DNA from: a virus
Taxonomy: Duplodnaviria; Caudoviricetes
Reading direction: 5' to 3' (one strand)
Virus record (IMG/VR): IMGVR_UViG_3300027759_003844
Location: 45,178 to 109,177 of that record
DNA: 64,000 nt
In this document: piece after piece, positions 19,901-28,855 of the stretch
Layout of the letters: each line of letters begins with the position of its first letter
Position numbering within the stretch: the first letter of the stretch is position 1
Notes under the pieces: generated by a model
The model's database searches: none
What the model saw: only the letters and a program-made list of their open reading frames with translations
What the model was told of the DNA's origin: nothing
Translations under genes and position numbers: made by a program

Positions 19901-22614
19901 CCTTTTGCATACCCACCAGTCATATTCATAACCCGACCAGCGGAGTTAACTTTCATTCCTTTTTTGGAAAGCATCCCAGTTTCATTGCGAACATATTGTT
20001 CTCCAGCAAATTTTTGTGCTGCATTAAAAGGGTCCATTATTGCTTTATTTGCTTTAGATGCAACTCTTCTTGCACCTGTTGCAGCTGACATTTCGGATTT
20101 TAATTTTGAAGCATCTGCTGATGAAACAAATTTACCACTAGAATCAACCAGTCTACCCGCAGCGTTTGTTTTGTATCCTGATTTCTTATAAACATCTCTT
20201 GCTGTTGGCAGAGCAGTTCTATCGGATAAATCATGAGGGACATCTGGTACAACCATCCCAGCCATTTTAATATTTTTACCAACTCTTCCTGGCGTACCTA
20301 CTGTACCAGCGGCTTGATTAGCCGCAATTCCTGCGGCATCCAAGGTATCCATTGATTTCATTCCTGCTCTAGTACCAGCCTCAAGCGCACCTGAAGCTTT
20401 ATTCCTAAAACTATTATAAAACTTATCTATTTTTTGGCGAGCAGCTTCAGCAGAAGAACCAAAAGCGATCAACCCGCCTTCAGCATTTCTTATCTTAGGA
20501 AGAAAAAATGCAAAACTTCTACCTAAAACTCCAATAGAGGCTTGCATCGTACCCAGCGCAATAACGATTGGACCAAGCGCTGCAAGAAACAAGAGTACGC
20601 CACCAATAATTTTAGCAATATTATCCTTAGTAGATTGAGCTAAGCCGTCCCAATATATTTGGAATTGCTCAATCTTTGCCGACAACCATTTTATTGCAGG
20701 ACCAGCGGCTCTTAATATTTCAGCCGCAAATAATTTAAAGTTATTTTTTATTTTCTGGACAGAAACAGATAGAGAAGCTAAAGATACCTCTAATTCCTGA
20801 CTCGCTATTTCACCAGCTGTTAGTGGTCCAGCCAGCTGGACCATCATTGCTTTCCCAGCCTCTGTTGTAATACCAGCAAAAGAATCTACTCCGCTCTGAC
20901 GATCTGCTTTAACTTTTTTCGCAACAGCCTCTCGTGCTTTCATTGCACCTTCAATATCTATGGTACTTAACTTACCACCAGTACCAGTACCCTTGTATCC
21001 TTCAACAGTCGTACCAACAGTGCCAGAAGCAACACGAGCAAGAATACCAATATCTTTAAAATTATTAATAGTTTCTTTCAAAGATGTATTGTTTAATTCA
21101 TTATACGCACGAATAGCATCTTCTGCTGGTTTCGCAAGCTTAGATTCTGCTGAAGCTGTGTTTTTTAATTCTTTATTAAACATTGACAGTTGTTCAATTG
21201 CAATGTACATTCTTGGTCCCTGTCTTTTTTCAAACAATTGAGACATCAACTTCAAGGCACCTTCTTGCCCCGCAGCAGAATCTTTAACCCTGCTAAACAC
21301 ATCAACAATGGCTTCAAGTCCAACTAAGCTAGTTTTTGTTGTATTCTTAAATGACTCAGTTGCCTCAGTATTAACTCCGTACTGCTTTGACAGTTGAGCC
21401 ATGAAGTCTATGTTCTTTTTAGTTGGAAGAATTAATCTCTGCAAAGAAGTTTTAATTGAAGTTGCTGAAGCTCCAACATCTAGACCTGCAGCAGCCATAG
21501 GAGCAAGCATGGCTGCTGCTTCTGTCATAGACAAACCAAAAGCTGTTGCCATTGATCCAACTTCTGGAAGTGCTTTAGCGAGGTCTTGAAGAGTCAGCGT
21601 GGTAACATTTTCAATAGCATTAAACATATTGAGCTGAACTTGCGCTGCCTTAATCGCCATTGTTTCTCTTTCACGAGCATCTGTAACTAACCTAAATGCA
21701 CCATTGGCTTCTAAGGCTCTTTTAGCATTAAAGTAAAGAGCTTGAGATAAATCTTTTGCCTCACCAATATCCATTCCACCAAGTTTTTCAATAGTTGTTG
21801 TTAATTCGGTTAGTATTACAACATTGTCTTGCCCCACGATTCCAAGTTCAGCAAACTCTGCTGCCAATCCAACAACAATCTCTTTTGAAACACCAAATTT
21901 AGAGCTAACTTTGGTTAGTTCTTTGTCCAGTGCCTTGAAATTAGCCAGCATTATGTTCATCTGCTCTAGTTGCTTCTCAGTTGGCAGCTTATCTCCCACC
22001 ACACCAACTTTTATAGCAGCCTGTTCAGCACTCATTGCAACGCTATCAAATACTTTTGAAAGCCTAGTAGCTTCTTTGTCTACTGCCAGCAGTGATTGGA
22101 AACCTAATCTGCCAAACAGCATGATAGGAGCTGTCAAGTTAATCATTAAGCTTCTACCAACGAACTGGAAGTCCTTACCCATCTTCTGCATTTTCAACGA
22201 AACGCTGGCAACATCTGAACCGAAAGCTCTAACTCTTGCACCACGCATAGCGGCACTCATAGCCTGGAGTTGTGCTCTAGTTGATGTTAACTCTCTACCC
22301 AGAGCAGTAGTAGGACCACCAGCAGATCTGATTGCTCCTGTATAAGCAATAATATTGGTTTTAAGTCTTCTAGACTCTTCACCAAGAGCTCTTTGATTTT
22401 CTTTTAACCCCTTTATTGTCTTGGCATGATCATTCATACCACGATTTGTTATACCTAACGCTTTATTTACAGCCCGACTTTGCGTGTCCAATTTGGACAT
22501 TGGAATCGTGATTTCTCTTAAATTGGCGGTTAGTGCTTTAACAGATGCGCTAAGATTAGCTACATCCTTAATTCCGTTAGTGTGGACATTGATTATAAGA
22601 TCTACATCAGACAT
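13999..22614 (-). CDS. Tape measure protein with large C-terminal cargo insertion
   Basis: 2871 aa, Ala-rich helical; TP901-type core; hydrophobic segments; two xxGG...VPAxLHGGEY motifs; follows tail chaperones. Confidence 0.93.
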   Translation of the reverse strand: MSDVDLIINVHTNGIKDVANLSASVKALTANLREITIPMSKLDTQSRAVNKALGITNRGMNDHAKTIKGLKENQRALGEESRRLKTNIIAYTGAIRSAGGPTTALGRELTSTRAQLQAMSAAMRGARVRAFGSDVASVSLKMQKMGKDFQFVGRSLMINLTAPIMLFGRLGFQSLLAVDKEATRLSKVFDSVAMSAEQAAIKVGVVGDKLPTEKQLEQMNIMLANFKALDKELTKVSSKFGVSKEIVVGLAAEFAELGIVGQDNVVILTELTTTIEKLGGMDIGEAKDLSQALYFNAKRALEANGAFRLVTDARERETMAIKAAQVQLNMFNAIENVTTLTLQDLAKALPEVGSMATAFGLSMTEAAAMLAPMAAAGLDVGASATSIKTSLQRLILPTKKNIDFMAQLSKQYGVNTEATESFKNTTKTSLVGLEAIVDVFSRVKDSAAGQEGALKLMSQLFEKRQGPRMYIAIEQLSMFNKELKNTASAESKLAKPAEDAIRAYNELNNTSLKETINNFKDIGILARVASGTVGTTVEGYKGTGTGGKLSTIDIEGAMKAREAVAKKVKADRQSGVDSFAGITTEAGKAMMVQLAGPLTAGEIASQELEVSLASLSVSVQKIKNNFKLFAAEILRAAGPAIKWLSAKIEQFQIYWDGLAQSTKDNIAKIIGGVLLFLAALGPIVIALGTMQASIGVLGRSFAFFLPKIRNAEGGLIAFGSSAEAARQKIDKFYNSFRNKASGALEAGTRAGMKSMDTLDAAGIAANQAAGTVGTPGRVGKNIKMAGMVVPDVPHDLSDRTALPTARDVYKKSGYKTNAAGRLVDSSGKFVSSADASKLKSEMSAATGARRVASKANKAIMDPFNAAQKFAGEQYVRNETGMLSKKGMKVNSAGRVMNMTGGYAKGGKQLLGEVADASALRESRFAARGLTRGTGGEVIRTTRKGIERQITENQGMRLARGGIAGKMTSAKLGAMETVRSIGGAPAKAMQGYRNSILGAQSAMRALRVQQMAQGGVGPIKMAIGAMKGFASATKLGTLALKLMKLAMISTGIGVVIAAIGIAVLVIVKNFDKFREAGSGAFAKIKEAFDIFKNALLEIARPFLDLFAMFGKGGAEGGDAISGLAAAFGGIATAVKWVAGMFQKFVMNVIQPYLYMIINIVMFVVSIFKGNWGDAFDFLKAAVYQVVKFVVQGFALLIKGVIQVVAFGIKLVIGYFTLIPKAVAKAFGWLSKLPGMGFLKSVGNGIDNVIDGLYGMVDAGKGAAMGAVDAIAGAITNGLDKGISKGVKKSKGKVKGLGDDVKPEAEEAGEAIAQSTGDGFADALDLAGAMKKEIDGAVQELQDYVAGELKNAVDKYLTQAENALKKQKDAALKVFQVQIETLDKLEKAQESLTKTMAYESEKRKRIDDKALTDEQYRRNYALAVYEGRVDDARMLQLEQGLDEKSFTEDMKAIETKRSEELAKENLDALKTAINEAKEAAGKFFDESLVKFQEAAALVTKFPPITIQDYQDQVNKLHTITTDAALANSTEFGNMFETFVTTINDKMPNKVIGAFSMNLDDLVIEAQKKYGLGGNPEENSIIGATLGMLADIGGVFGDKKQTVIDAFGLVSTGLVGNFDVAKTEILRIVDEEFLTPFAEASLKFVTNWKTIYEQAIIDGNISITNSLRNTVAINADLFAEMRGHLDETTKKWLALKVQADAAAAAQEAAANAGGTPSDTSSTPSTTGGAGGRADAFENNNASRVARGLKPLTYQEFAFGTGYTKPVVPVVKKPTGPFRGYAKGGVIPSRSDESSYIGSGFINAPTQEGVPALLHGGEYILNAKAVSRLGLGALEKLNNNLIPKFAKGGYVAPKKGGIPFGGEDKILANSTKKTPQPLQGPYATSIPVVASPTINLKSLPLVKNNLAGEGGVSTVRSASFGIGKGEVLLPTVVQGKILSDTNAFNAYANGGYKNHLGIYANTAAASKAAEVIHLSEASRIGQVAKAQEQRNAQRNADLKNAGLAKNFIGPIAPVVKPEKKSIFAKAGGFVVKSLFDLQQSFVKFGNSANNIAMGVVESPLALFDRRLSYNPIKNLQNRNQHDLENGINYIRGINNLTGLNLPGGKSDGFGQVANNKLMNMGDAFNIITTLLGPEINAGVSAVAKPLLRPFGIAAVEKMGLTATELTLGQIMRPGFTAAMNNALAREAAVLAEKEAFDLVYHASPIQGLKTLLPNPASAEGINAIPKVWTFDAAKTTADNAVEKLLPYADSALNAGDRVGSIYIGGARGLKPSTFAESPISWTDKPVGVLQEVVTNGKTRGQIAKELGEAIEAARGQQAIKLEGKAQPPNIFRSLGNMFSSIKNPFGDLDRISTSGTFYQKLPKAPGNGLELFRPPLTPQVISREAMRDAEQIVTESFEMYKIGAENIGFGLPRNGGGFNVPYNFKNVDLNPYDISGLSQFSKEGQAISRDWISAHIAYKKEGGAATNLIDALLYAGQRGDTNSMMQFNNYAQAGRKIIQQAKDDSTFSYPMQNLLGSVKRGGLDSLNLDDLFLVHETQFAPPLDAAGNIALRPTADYKTIFPSETPTGTMEYIRDTIHMSINHIVQGHQQRANIENAHYIVARLKDVIDANPGALDNLYTVDTWFTPKPGEGLKIPTGSFKTFTGGSSPGQKVNDAMNALSQTGKLSDQAFFRGGEHGSNTAGADELLRVFGKQLNTGFGPHFDSPFYHNAITYGKGTYNIADSYGPHQIAALSDNAISRLFSRNNMYSGVKKHTEWIGNRFKSGGYVPGAPSMEVPAILHGGEYVVNADAVRSMGVRTMQSINRSKFNVPSGSPSYSGGGSTSVSTVNINVETFVGEEEWFKSMMKSYNVNVLPKMNKAAGNESRTFTSYNGIN

Positions 22615-22659
22615 ATTTGTACCAAGGTAAATTATCCCATTTTATTGAGTAATAAGCAA

Positions 22660-23297
22660 TCATGATTCTTCAGAATAACCAAGACCAATAGCAGCGTTCA
22701 TAATGTCCCAACTGCGCATAGCGTCAATCGGAGCCCGATCTTCTGGGGCATACCAGTCTTCTTCAAAGTCAACATCGGCACCTTGAGAAGCAGCCAGAGC
22801 TTTCATGTTTTTACTAAACTCATTTGAGCAAGCACGGAACAACAAAAACAATTCATGCAAAAGTAGAGATTCCTCTAAGTGCTCTAAACTAGTCCATGCG
22901 CCAACCTGCACAAACACTTCCGACTCATACTTCAGAAGGGGGATATCATTCCAAGTTAGAGGATCTTCATCCCCATCCCCATTTATGCGTTTGGGTTTGG
23001 GTCGTTCCCCATAGCGGCAGCCATGACTTCACCAAATGTACGCAAGTCAAGAATATCTTCAAGTGCATCCTTGTCTGCAGCCAATGCTGGGTCTGATTTA
23101 CGCAATGCAATGGAAGCAGCACTGACCATTTTATCAATGTCTTCGTCAGTCATTCCAGTTTCATTATCAGATTTCATTTCATTTGCAACCTTCATAAACT
23201 CTCTGAGGTGCTTGATTGTTAAAGCCTTTACGACTCTCGTTTTGCCATCAGAAAAAGTAATCTCAGTGCCTTTAAACAAATCAGTATTTGTTGTCAT
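22660..23297 (-). CDS. Tail assembly chaperone, long form (G-T) made by -1 frameshift
   Basis: The -1 frame from the slippery site is open: PKRINGDGDEDPLTWNDIPLLKYESEVFVQVGAW..., joining ORF 22660-22917. Confidence 0.85.
22983..23297 (-). CDS. Tail assembly chaperone, short form (G)
   Basis: Between major tail and tape measure; acidic 104 aa; ends at the slippery site. Confidence 0.85.
   Translation of the reverse strand: MTTNTDLFKGTEITFSDGKTRVVKALTIKHLREFMKVANEMKSDNETGMTDEDIDKMVSAASIALRKSDPALAADKDALEDILDLRTFGEVMAAAMGNDPNPNA
22989..23001 (-). other. Programmed -1 ribosomal frameshift site (tandem C-CCA-AAC heptamers)
   Basis: GAC CCA AAC CCA AAC GCA TAA gives two overlapping in-frame X-XXY-YYZ heptamers. 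Confidence 0.85.
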
Positions 23298-23330
23298 TTT
23301 ATATTGCTCCTTGTTTCATAGTGGGGATAT

Positions 23331-23380
23331 AGAAAACTCCCAAGTTTCAGTATATCATACCGATCCTTGGGAGTTTCCCT
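23331..23380 (-). terminator. Long stem-loop after major tail gene
   Basis: Minus: AGGGAAACTCCCAAG-GA-TCGGTAT-GAT-ATACTGA-AA-CTTGGGAGTTTTCT. Confidence 0.6.
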
Positions 23381-23405
23381 AGTACAAATAATTTATTGGT
23401 TTAAA

Positions 23406-23984
23406 TTAGATTTGGTCAATGATTTTGCCGTACTCATAACCCGAATCGCCTGTTACTGGCAAAATACGGAATGAAGTTTCAAATACGGTAGCTTCTGCTC
23501 TTTTCATTGCAATCATAGATGTTGTCATTGAGATTGCTCTCTTTGTGTTGAACTTACGAGTCTTTGTCACTGAGGCTGTTGAGCCAGGTGCTTGACCAGT
23601 TACTTGCAATGCATACTCAAAAGGGTTCACGCTTTGTGCACCGAAATGGAATGTTGTTGTGTTAGCTGCTGTGGTGTTTGCCTTAAGGTTGGCTCCACCC
23701 ATCGTAGTGTCGTAACTCCAAGCTTGTGCGAGGTTCTTTAATGTACCCTCAGCAAGAGTTGTCTTAACCATAACTTTAACCTTTGATTGAATGACTCGTG
23801 CAGCATCGCCGTACTGGTCAATTTCAATGTCAACCATGTCTGGTTCCCACGAAATTTCAAGACCACCTTGGGTTGCGCCCACATCTGTCAAGCTATCAAA
23901 ATCTGCATTTGTCATCGTGATGTTGGAAAGACCAGTCTTAACTGTTGCCTCACCGACCACGATATTGGAAGTTGTTACTGCCAT
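23406..23984 (-). CDS. Major tail (tube) protein
   Basis: NIVVGEA...DVGATQGGLEISWEP...IDQ...KTTLAE siphoviral tube motifs; GGAGG SD. Confidence 0.88.
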   Translation of the reverse strand: MAVTTSNIVVGEATVKTGLSNITMTNADFDSLTDVGATQGGLEISWEPDMVDIEIDQYGDAARVIQSKVKVMVKTTLAEGTLKNLAQAWSYDTTMGGANLKANTTAANTTTFHFGAQSVNPFEYALQVTGQAPGSTASVTKTRKFNTKRAISMTTSMIAMKRAEATVFETSFRILPVTGDSGYEYGKIIDQI

Positions 23985-23999
23985 TTTATTTTCCTCCTG

Positions 24000-24194
24000 T
24001 TATTCAAGGATAAAAATTTTTTTACCCTTGCGATCCCGCCATTTAGAAATCTTAATGGCGTTATCTAATTTTATTTCATTAGAGCGGCGACCTATTCCTA
24101 CGCCTTTTTGCCACTCAAAATCATAAAGATCTTTTCCTAATTTTACGGCATACCCTGGGGTTTTGCCGATGTATGTAATTACAGTATACTTCAT
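24000..24194 (-). CDS. Hypothetical protein
   Basis: Operonic ORF with AAGGA SD. Confidence 0.6.
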   Translation of the reverse strand: MKYTVITYIGKTPGYAVKLGKDLYDFEWQKGVGIGRRSNEIKLDNAIKISKWRDRKGKKIFILE

Positions 24195-24219
24195 ATCCTT
24201 TTATGATACCACAAATTCT

Positions 24220-24630
24220 CTACAGACTGACCGAGAACACAGAAAAATCAAGATCCATCTGGTACCAGCCTTCTTTTTCAAGAGGTTCTGAGAGCCCAGT
24301 TCCAACTAATTGTGATGAAACTACTCTTACATTTGCGCTTGGAACAGTTCCCTGTATCTGATCACCCCGACCAAGTAAATAAATCATTCTTTCCGAAATT
24401 TGAAACAACCGATCCACATTACTATCGTAGACAGAGTAGCGAATTGCGTCATAACGATTCCAATAAGACTCCACTGATGGGATTGAGGGGTTGTAATAAT
24501 AGATTGCAAATGGTGGGGTTTCAGTGCCATAACCAAGAACTGGGAAGAAGTTCATTACTTTCCCAGCAATACTCGTCAGTGTTGCATCGGCTTTTAAAAA
24601 TGTGTTTATATCATAGACGCTAATTGGCAT
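24220..24630 (-). CDS. Putative tail terminator
   Basis: Size and position upstream of major tail; PFAIY motif. Confidence 0.6.
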   Translation of the reverse strand: MPISVYDINTFLKADATLTSIAGKVMNFFPVLGYGTETPPFAIYYYNPSIPSVESYWNRYDAIRYSVYDSNVDRLFQISERMIYLLGRGDQIQGTVPSANVRVVSSQLVGTGLSEPLEKEGWYQMDLDFSVFSVSL

Positions 24631-24632
24631 AG

Positions 24633-25151
24633 TTAAGCTCCTCTTACTCCGCCTCTTACGCCAAAACCTTGCTTTGTAAGAGCAGCAGAAATCTGCTTCA
24701 AGATTACAGCCTTTGCAACTTCCTTAAGTTGCTGTTTCTTGGATTTGATAGCGACAAGTCTAGCTTCATAAAAGAAAATACGACTTCCACCTGACCAGCC
24801 TGGTCTTGTTGCCATAACACCACCATCTCTAGCATAAATTTTTGCTTTGCCTTTTCTACCCGTCAACAAGATAGATGCACCAATTTGAGTATTACGCCCA
24901 TAGTCACCAGTCTCTGCTTGCGCTGGTGGTTTGATTTTTAGTCTCATTCCAGTTGGACCATATGGTATTACATCGTATTCTAAATATTTAGCTGCAGCAC
25001 CAACCGTTTTAAACGCATCTTTGAGTTTTCCCTTTGAAGATTCAAGCGCTTCTCTTTGAGCAGCCTGTACTCTAATCGGAAACATAGAATAATAAAGAGC
25101 AGCCATCTCTAATTGTATTGAAGCATTCTTACTTATTTGAACACTAAGCAT
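24633..25151 (-). CDS. Putative neck/tail completion protein (HK97 gp10-like position)
   Basis: Basic protein between stopper and terminator; start moved to ATG 25151. Confidence 0.5.
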   Translation of the reverse strand: MLSVQISKNASIQLEMAALYYSMFPIRVQAAQREALESSKGKLKDAFKTVGAAAKYLEYDVIPYGPTGMRLKIKPPAQAETGDYGRNTQIGASILLTGRKGKAKIYARDGGVMATRPGWSGGSRIFFYEARLVAIKSKKQQLKEVAKAVILKQISAALTKQGFGVRGGVRGA

Positions 25152-25518
25152 TTTCAACCACCTTTCTACAGGTAAGAAGAACATGTCTCACTTTCCCATT
25201 CAAACCAGTTTGTTTATGAATGTTAATAATTTCAACAGGACCAGCCTCAATCACATTGCCGTAGCGGTCAACTATGTTTTGAATACGATTACTATAAGAT
25301 GCGTACTGTAAATCCTTATATGATATATAGAATTCAACTTCATCAATGTTATCAACATAAGGGAATGTTCTTCTATCAGAAGAAATAGCTTGATACTTTG
25401 CTTGAATTGTTCCTGACTTTGAATAAGTCACAGCTCTTTGCCCTGCTGCATTTGTAGTAGTTGTTTTAACATAAACATCTATTTCATGCGGAAGTTTTAA
25501 ATACACTCCATTAGACAT
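25144..25518 (-). CDS. Head-to-tail stopper
   Basis: NAAGQ loop, size, synteny. Confidence 0.6.
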   Translation of the reverse strand: MSNGVYLKLPHEIDVYVKTTTTNAAGQRAVTYSKSGTIQAKYQAISSDRRTFPYVDNIDEVEFYISYKDLQYASYSNRIQNIVDRYGNVIEAGPVEIINIHKQTGLNGKVRHVLLTCRKVVENA

Positions 25519-26453
25519 CAGACAACATAATCCATAATAAACAATGTGTAATCCATCAACAAAACATCTGCATCAATATTCCCAGTTGATTCATAAAAGT
25601 TTGTATTGGTTTGATATTCAATAGTGTCCATATCTACTCTATGGATGCCATGCCTTCTAAACTCAGAATCATCATTCATCATGTCTTCAAGTAGCAAGTC
25701 CGCTGCCTGCTCAATATTATTAGGAACAAATTGCCAACCAAAACTGCCTTCAATTTTATAGGAGTCAGCAGCGTTAAATTTGTTTGTTGTAATGATCGTT
25801 TGAACACTATCCAAAGTTGATCGCTTAAACTGAATATAGTATGTACTTCCAAAACTGTGCGGTTCCTTTGCTTTCTCTATGGCGGTATAAGATGCATCTG
25901 ACGAGTCGTACAGAATTGCTGCATCGCTCATCCCTGCATTTAAAGTAACTTTAGTTAAATCCACAATTGGGTAAGGCAAATGTAAAGTTTTCTTATTTGT
26001 CCCAGGAAGTTCAATATACTTTGATGGATAATAGTCAAATTGCTGACCACAGAATGTGTTAATGATATTTCTTACTTTCTTTTCCATTTTATCAAACTTG
26101 TCGTACCAGTCATCTTCCAGTTCTGGATGGTCCTCAAAGAAGTCATCAGCCGTGATATAAGGGGTGTAGACATTTATATATTGCGATTTTGTATAGGAAG
26201 TGCCAGATACAGTATATGTAAAATCAGCACGATGCCTGCCTGCTGAATTTAGAACATAATGACCAGATGCCAACTGCCCATAAGTGATTGTATAAACACC
26301 CGCCGAGGTCCTAGTTGCTGCCGTTGGTCCACTTACAAGCGAACCAAACTCATGATACAACTTTACAGAGACCGCATTTGAAGTTGGGTCAGAAGGAAGC
26401 GTTAAAGTAAGCGTCTTGCTTGTATCTAATTTTACATCATCCATAATACTCAA
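25518..26453 (-). CDS. Head-to-tail adaptor with N-terminal Ig-like domain
   Basis: INTFCGQQF, GWQFVPNNIEQAA and TGNIDADVLL motifs typical of actinophage adaptors. Confidence 0.75.
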   Translation of the reverse strand: MSIMDDVKLDTSKTLTLTLPSDPTSNAVSVKLYHEFGSLVSGPTAATRTSAGVYTITYGQLASGHYVLNSAGRHRADFTYTVSGTSYTKSQYINVYTPYITADDFFEDHPELEDDWYDKFDKMEKKVRNIINTFCGQQFDYYPSKYIELPGTNKKTLHLPYPIVDLTKVTLNAGMSDAAILYDSSDASYTAIEKAKEPHSFGSTYYIQFKRSTLDSVQTIITTNKFNAADSYKIEGSFGWQFVPNNIEQAADLLLEDMMNDDSEFRRHGIHRVDMDTIEYQTNTNFYESTGNIDADVLLMDYTLFIMDYVV

Positions 26454-26479
26454 TTATATCAGAGAAGGTATTCTAAGCC

Positions 26480-26641
26480 TTAGAATGTCTGCATGGCTAC
26501 AGATACTTGAATATCAGCAATTTGGTTTTTAAAATCGGTTGAATTCAACACCCATTTTTCCCCATCCCATGTCCATGTTTTTGTATTAGAAGAATATTGC
26601 TGATTTAAAGTCGGGGAGGATGGAAAATCAATAGCAGCCAT
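26480..26641 (-). CDS. 53-aa fibre-docking-like microprotein
   Basis: Manual translation MAAIDFPSSPTLNQQYSSNTKTWTWDGEKWVLNSTDFKNQIADIQVSVAMQTF; below the ORF-track cutoff. Confidence 0.7.
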   Translation of the reverse strand: MAAIDFPSSPTLNQQYSSNTKTWTWDGEKWVLNSTDFKNQIADIQVSVAMQTF

Positions 26642-26691
26642 GATTAATATCTATTATAGATTATAATGAACTTTTTTACGAATTTTCATGC

Positions 26692-27522
26692 TTATCTTGC
26701 CCATAATTGGACAAATTGAATAGCGTGGGCTTCAGAACCATTCTGGAAACCACGGGTTTCAGTTGACCCAGAAGACCAACCATGATGTACACCGTGACCA
26801 CTCCAGTGCCAAGTAAATAGTCTTGCCGTTCCATTTCCTGAACCAAAATCATTATCACGGAATCCAGAAACATCTGTAGATGTTTGAGTCCCACCTAGCC
26901 AAATATTTGGATAACGGCGATTAACTCCTGTCCCTGCATTAGTTCCAGCGTCTGTTGGAGTAGAACCAAATTGATCAACCCACGCAAATGCTGATTGATT
27001 AGTTATCTTATGATAAAAACTATCTCCAACTCCAGAATATCCATCTGTAGCATTACTGATTCTATTTGCTACAAGATAGTTTGCGCCGTCAAAATTTTTC
27101 CATCCGCTATCTGTTCCGTTCATTAAATAATTAACAAATGAAGAACTCACTTTGCTTATGCCTGTGGAAAAAGCATTTGCTTGCTGCAGTCCAGAAAGAG
27201 ATAGTTCGTTATTTGTTCCAAACCAACCACCACTGTTATCAGAAGATTGACGACCTTTACCAATAAGAACCCAACCTCCACCAAGATTGGTCATATCGCA
27301 CCAAAGAAGAACTGCTGCTCCACTATATCCTGTTGGCTTTATCCAATAATTACCACTTGTTTTTATTTCAAGTTCATTACACAAGTAAAGGGCACTTGGT
27401 GCAGCCAACGCTTCAGTAGAACCGTCAAGTGCAGGAGGAAGGTTATTCCCTATCTTAAAATTTCTATGTTTTTTTAACGACCAAATACCAGAAGCGCCTC
27501 TTGATGATGGAAATTGCGGCAT
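26692..27522 (-). CDS. Virion-associated protein with fibrinogen C-terminal-like domain
   Basis: SGNYWIKP...WCDMTNLGGGWVLI fibrinogen-like motif. Confidence 0.7.
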   Translation of the reverse strand: MPQFPSSRGASGIWSLKKHRNFKIGNNLPPALDGSTEALAAPSALYLCNELEIKTSGNYWIKPTGYSGAAVLLWCDMTNLGGGWVLIGKGRQSSDNSGGWFGTNNELSLSGLQQANAFSTGISKVSSSFVNYLMNGTDSGWKNFDGANYLVANRISNATDGYSGVGDSFYHKITNQSAFAWVDQFGSTPTDAGTNAGTGVNRRYPNIWLGGTQTSTDVSGFRDNDFGSGNGTARLFTWHWSGHGVHHGWSSGSTETRGFQNGSEAHAIQFVQLWAR

Positions 27523-28499
27523 TAGAAAGTGATACTCCCAGTAGCATTGAATACATAAATTCTATATCCATTTAACAGGTTTACTGTTGGAGAACCAGTA
27601 GTTGTAGCAGCCGTAAAAGAGTCTGAGTAGCGAACTACAACAATTCCTGAACCACCTCCGCCAGATGCTTGGTTATGACCAGTTCCTCCACCACCGCCTC
27701 CAGTGTTTGCGGCACCAGCACCACCTGGTGCTTCACCTGCGGTGCTTCCTGCTGAACCATTGTTAGATCCGCCTGTGCCGCCAACTCCAGCACCAGTTGA
27801 GACATGACCTCCACCGCCTCCTCCACCACCTCTTCCTCCGTCAGAACCTGCACTGTAGTAGCCACCGCCTCCACCTCCGCCTGCGTAAACCAGTGTTGCT
27901 CCTGTTATGGATGAAGCCCTCCCATCTCCGCCTTTTGTTGTTAAAGCGCCATCTCCACTTCCTCCTGGACCACCTGCTCCACCTCCACCATGCCCAGATG
28001 TCGGAGTACCAGTTCTTCCACCAAAAGTTGATGAACCGCCAGCGTTTCCATAACCACCAGATGCCGAGGTTGGTTGTAACCCGCCTCCACCAGCAGGTCG
28101 GGTTGATGCATTTGACACCCCACCACATCCGCCTCCGCTACCACCAGCGCCTCCAGCATTATCTGGGTATCTTCCCCCAGCCCCACCACCAAGCGCAATA
28201 ATACTTACAGTTCCACCAGTGATGCTTGAGTTTGACCCAGTAGCATCTCCAGCACTGGCAAGAGCAACTGTTATTGTGTAAGTAATTCCAGCAGCAACAG
28301 ACACTGTTCCTTCAATAAATCCACCGCCTCCTCCACCGCCACCGACATAATTACCACCACCACCTCCGCCGCCTACTACTAAATATTCAACTGCATTTGG
28401 TTTTTGAGATACCCAATTAAAACCAGATACAGAATCTCGTACTTCATTCAAACTCCATAAACCAGATGCCCCAATACTTTGCCCAGGGAACTGCGGCAT
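27522..28499 (-). CDS. Glycine-rich domain virion protein
   Basis: VEYLVVGGGGGGG...GGSGIVVVRY...YRIYVFNATGSITF. Confidence 0.8.
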   Translation of the reverse strand: MPQFPGQSIGASGLWSLNEVRDSVSGFNWVSQKPNAVEYLVVGGGGGGGNYVGGGGGGGGFIEGTVSVAAGITYTITVALASAGDATGSNSSITGGTVSIIALGGGAGGRYPDNAGGAGGSGGGCGGVSNASTRPAGGGGLQPTSASGGYGNAGGSSTFGGRTGTPTSGHGGGGAGGPGGSGDGALTTKGGDGRASSITGATLVYAGGGGGGGYYSAGSDGGRGGGGGGGGHVSTGAGVGGTGGSNNGSAGSTAGEAPGGAGAANTGGGGGGTGHNQASGGGGSGIVVVRYSDSFTAATTTGSPTVNLLNGYRIYVFNATGSITF

Positions 28500-28852
28500 T
28501 AACTAATCTCCTCATAACTGCATACTGCTTCAAGGTCAGAGTTAGCAGAAGCAGTAAGGCGCAAAGAGTCTCCCTCTTCTAGATAAATAGATTTACTAAC
28601 AATATCTAGTGTTGCATCTGCTGGGACAGAAACCGTTTTTGCAATATGATAAGCAGTTGTTGAACGATACAAGTCAACATTTACATCAGCTGAGTTTACA
28701 CCATCAATATTGGAGACATAAAGGGCATTAACTTTAAATACTTTTCCGCTTGAACCAGAATTCGTAACAATTGCTGTTGCAGAAGTCGTTACAGCAAGAA
28801 CCGCTGTCTTGCCTGTAATTGTTGTTACGCTCACTATATTTGGTGCCGCCAT
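28499..28852 (-). CDS. Small virion adaptor-like protein
   Basis: MAAPNIV...IYLEEGDSL...SYEEIS, a common phage fibre-cluster protein. Confidence 0.65.
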   Translation of the reverse strand: MAAPNIVSVTTITGKTAVLAVTTSATAIVTNSGSSGKVFKVNALYVSNIDGVNSADVNVDLYRSTTAYHIAKTVSVPADATLDIVSKSIYLEEGDSLRLTASANSDLEAVCSYEEIS

Positions 28853-28855
28853 GTC

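Noticed and set aside
15302-22345. Many plus-strand ORFs inside the tape measure gene (similar ones inside fibre genes)
   Set aside because: Antisense shadows with no motifs or ribosome-binding sites
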